Source: the human T2T-CHM13v2.0 reference genome, Homo sapiens. Taken from it: a stretch of DNA of 64,000 nucleotides. Below, in pieces: positions 61,320 through 64,000 of the stretch. A model generated the notes under the pieces. That model was not told the DNA's origin. It made no database searches and saw only the letters and a list, made by a program, of their open reading frames with translations. Position numbers and translations under genes: made by a program. Position 1 is the stretch's first letter. Every line of letters begins with the position of its first letter. The stretch lies in NCBI RefSeq assembly GCF_009914755.1, contig NC_060936.1, one strand, 5' to 3'.

Positions 61320-64000
61320 TCTTTATACGTCTGGTAAAATTTGGCTCAGAATCCATCTGGTCCTGAGCTATTTTTATTGGTAGGCTTTTTGTTACTGATT
61401 GAATTTTGGAACTCGTTATTGGTTTGTTCAGGGATTCAATTTGTTCCTGGTTCAGTCTTGGGAGGTTGTTATATGTCTAGGAATTATCAGTTTGTTTCAG
61501 ATTTTCTAGTTTGTCTGCATAGTCATGTTCATAGTAGTCTCTGAGGGTTTGTTTTTATGGTTCTCTTGGGTCAGTGGTAACGTCCCCTTTGTCATTTCCG
61601 ATTGTGCCTAATTGCATCTTTTCTCCTTTTCTTTTAGTTGTCTAGCTGGCTCTATTAATCATATTCATTTTTTTCAAAGAACCGATTTCTGGATTCATTA
61701 ATCTTTGTATTTTGTGTGTGTGTGTGTCTCAGTTTTTTTCAGTTCAGCTCTGATTTTGGTTATTTCTTGTCTTCTGCTAGTGTTAGGGTTGGGTTGCTCT
61801 AGCTTTAGTTTTTCCAGTTGTGATATTCGGTTGTTAATTTGAGATCTAAGTTTTTGATGTGGGCATTCAGTGCTGTAAACTTTACTCCTAACATTACCTT
61901 AGGTGTGTTCCAGAGATTCTGGTATGTTGTATTTTTATTCCCATTAGTTTCAATGAATTTCTTGATTTTTGACTTAATTTCATTATTTACTGAAAAGTCA
62001 TTCAGAAGCAGGTTGTTTAATGTCCATGTAATTTTATGGCTTTGAGTGATTTCCTTAGCATTGATTTCTATTTTTATTGCCCTGTGGTCTGAGATTGTGG
62101 TTGGTATACTGTTGGTTTTTTTGAATTTGCTGAGTATTGTTTTATGTTCGATTGTGTGGTCAGTTTTAGAATATGTGCCACGTGTAGACGAGATGAATAT
62201 ATATTCCGTTGTTGGGTGGGGAGTTCTGTAGATGTTATTAGGCTCATTTGTTCAAATGTTAAATTCAGGTCCTGACTATCTTTGTTAATATTCTGCCTCA
62301 GTGTTCTGTCTGATATTGTCAGTCGGGGGTTAAAGTCTCCCAATATTATTGTGTGGGAATATAAGTCTCTTTGTAGTTATCTAAGAACTTGCTTTATTAA
62401 TCTGGGTGCTCCTGTGTTGGGTGCATATATATTGAGAATAGTTATGTCTTCTTGTTGAATTGAACCCTTTACCATTATATAATGCCTTTCTTTATCTTTT
62501 TTTGATCTTTGTTGGCTTACAGTCCTTTTTGTCTGACATTAGGATTGCAACCTCTGCTTTTTTCTGTTTTCCATTTGCTTAGTAGATTTTTCTCCATGCC
62601 TTTACTTTGAGCCTATTCATGTCATTGCATGTGAGATGGGTCTTTTGAAGATAGCATACCATCGGGTGTTGCTTCTTGATCTAGCTTGACACTCTGTGCC
62701 TTTTAATTGGAGGCATTTAACCCATTTACATTCAAGGTTAGTATCATATTTATGGATTTGATTCCGTTATCATGTTGATAGCTGGTTATTATGCTGGCAT
62801 GTTTGTGTGGTTGCTTTATAGTGTCACTGGTCTATGTACTTCAGTGTGTCTATGTAGTGGCTGGTAATGGTCTTTGCATATTTAGTGCTCCTTTCTGAAC
62901 CTCTTTTAAGACAGGTCTGGTAGTAATAAATACTCTCAGCATTTGCTTGTCTGAAAAGGACCTTATTTCTCCTTCACTTAGTTTGGCTGGATGTGAAATT
63001 TTTGTTGGAAATTCTTTTTTTAAGAATGCTGAATATAGGCCCCCAGTCTCTTCTGGCTTGTAGGGTTTCTGCTGAAAAGTGTGCTGTTAGCTTGATGGGG
63101 TTCCCTTTGTAGGTGACCTGCCCTTTCTCTCTAGCTGCCCTTAACATTTTTTTTCTTTCATATCAACCTTGGAGAATCTGATGATTATGTGTTTGGGAGA
63201 TAGTCTTCTTGTGTAGTGTCTTGCAGAGGTTCTCTGTATTTCTTGAATTTGAATGTAGTTCTCTCTAGTGAGGTTGGGGAAGTTTTCATGGACGATATCC
63301 TGAAATATGTTTCCAAGTTGCTTGCTTTCTTCCTGTCTCTTTCAGGGATGCCAATGAGTCATAGGTTTGGTTTCTTTACAGAATCACACATTTCTTGGAG
63401 GGTTTTTTGTTGTTGTTGTTCATTTTAATTCTTCTTTCTTTATTTTTATTTGCCTGGGTCATTTTAGATAGCCAGTCTTTGACCTCCGAGATTCTTTCCT
63501 CAGCTTGGTCTATTCTGCTGTTAATATGCACAATTGCATTATGCAATTCTTTTTTTTTCTTTTTAGACCAGTCCCCCATTATGCAATTCTTGTAGTGTGT
63601 TTCTCAGCTCTATCAGATTACTTTGGTTCTTTTTTATAATGGCTATTTCATCTAACGGCTCCTGTATTATGTGATTCTTAGGTTCCTTGGATTGCATTTC
63701 AATGTCCTCCTGAATCTCGATGATCTTTGTTCCTGTCTGTATTCTGAATTCTATTTGTATCATTTCAACCATTTCAGCCTCGTTAGGACAGTGTGGTCAT
63801 TTGGAGGAAAGAAGGCACTCTGGCTTTTTTAATTGCCAGAGTTCTTGTGCTGGTTATTTCTCATCTGTGTGAGCAAGCTGATGTTCCTTTAACTGTGGTG
63901 TTGAGTACAGTCAGTTGACTTCCTTTCTGGATGTTTTCAGAGGGCCAAAGCTTTGTTCAGGTGTTTATTTGTAGCTAAATTCTTGTTTTTGATTTCACAC
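61320..64000 (-). mobile_element. Old LINE-1: 5' half of ORF2 and ORF1, runs off the window end
   Basis: Antisense text collinear with the L1PA3 at 16330-18900 (GAATCCATCTGGTCCTG, CTGGGTGCTCCTGTGTTGGGTGCATATAT, GCATTTGCTTGTCTGAAAAGG). Confidence 0.9.
63552..63576 (-). mobile_element. 25-bp micro retro-insertion (12 nt + A tail) with TSD
   Basis: Perfect 15-bp direct repeat CATTATGCAATTCTT (63537-63551, 63577-63591) around TTTTTTTCTTTTTAGACCAGTCCCC. Confidence 0.75.

Overview
Human genomic DNA. Species is fixed by a human-specific L1HS-Ta insertion at 51731-51887 and by primate Alu, L1PA, THE1 and MER52 elements. The window is AT-rich, intergenic or deep-intronic, and dominated by interspersed repeats. 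No cellular protein-coding exon could be identified: every long ORF in the track is LINE-1 ORF1/ORF2, Alu, or GC-rich LTR/L1 5'UTR sequence. Main landmarks: (1) a 5'-truncated old L1PA (9.1-12.7 kb) carrying a U1 snRNA retrocopy and a 2 kb MER52 LTR; (2) a full-length dead L1PA3 (13.7-19.9 kb) that still has the ~129-bp ZNF93-target segment and splits an AluJ; (3) a repeat-poor stretch (about 24-30 kb) with a strong CTCF motif; (4) a full-length old L1PA15/16-like element (47.7-54.8 kb) inside an MLT1 LTR, hosting a polyadenylated MLT1D retrocopy, a locally templated 27-bp insertion, a THE1D LTR and a very young L1HS-Ta; (5) an internally deleted L1PB (59.5-61.0 kb) whose 5'UTR has kept its CpGs and carries a strong antisense splice donor, a candidate TE-derived promoter. 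Subfamily names come from recalled consensus features, not a RepeatMasker run. Boundaries of ancient repeats (MIR, L2, L3, L1M) are approximate.
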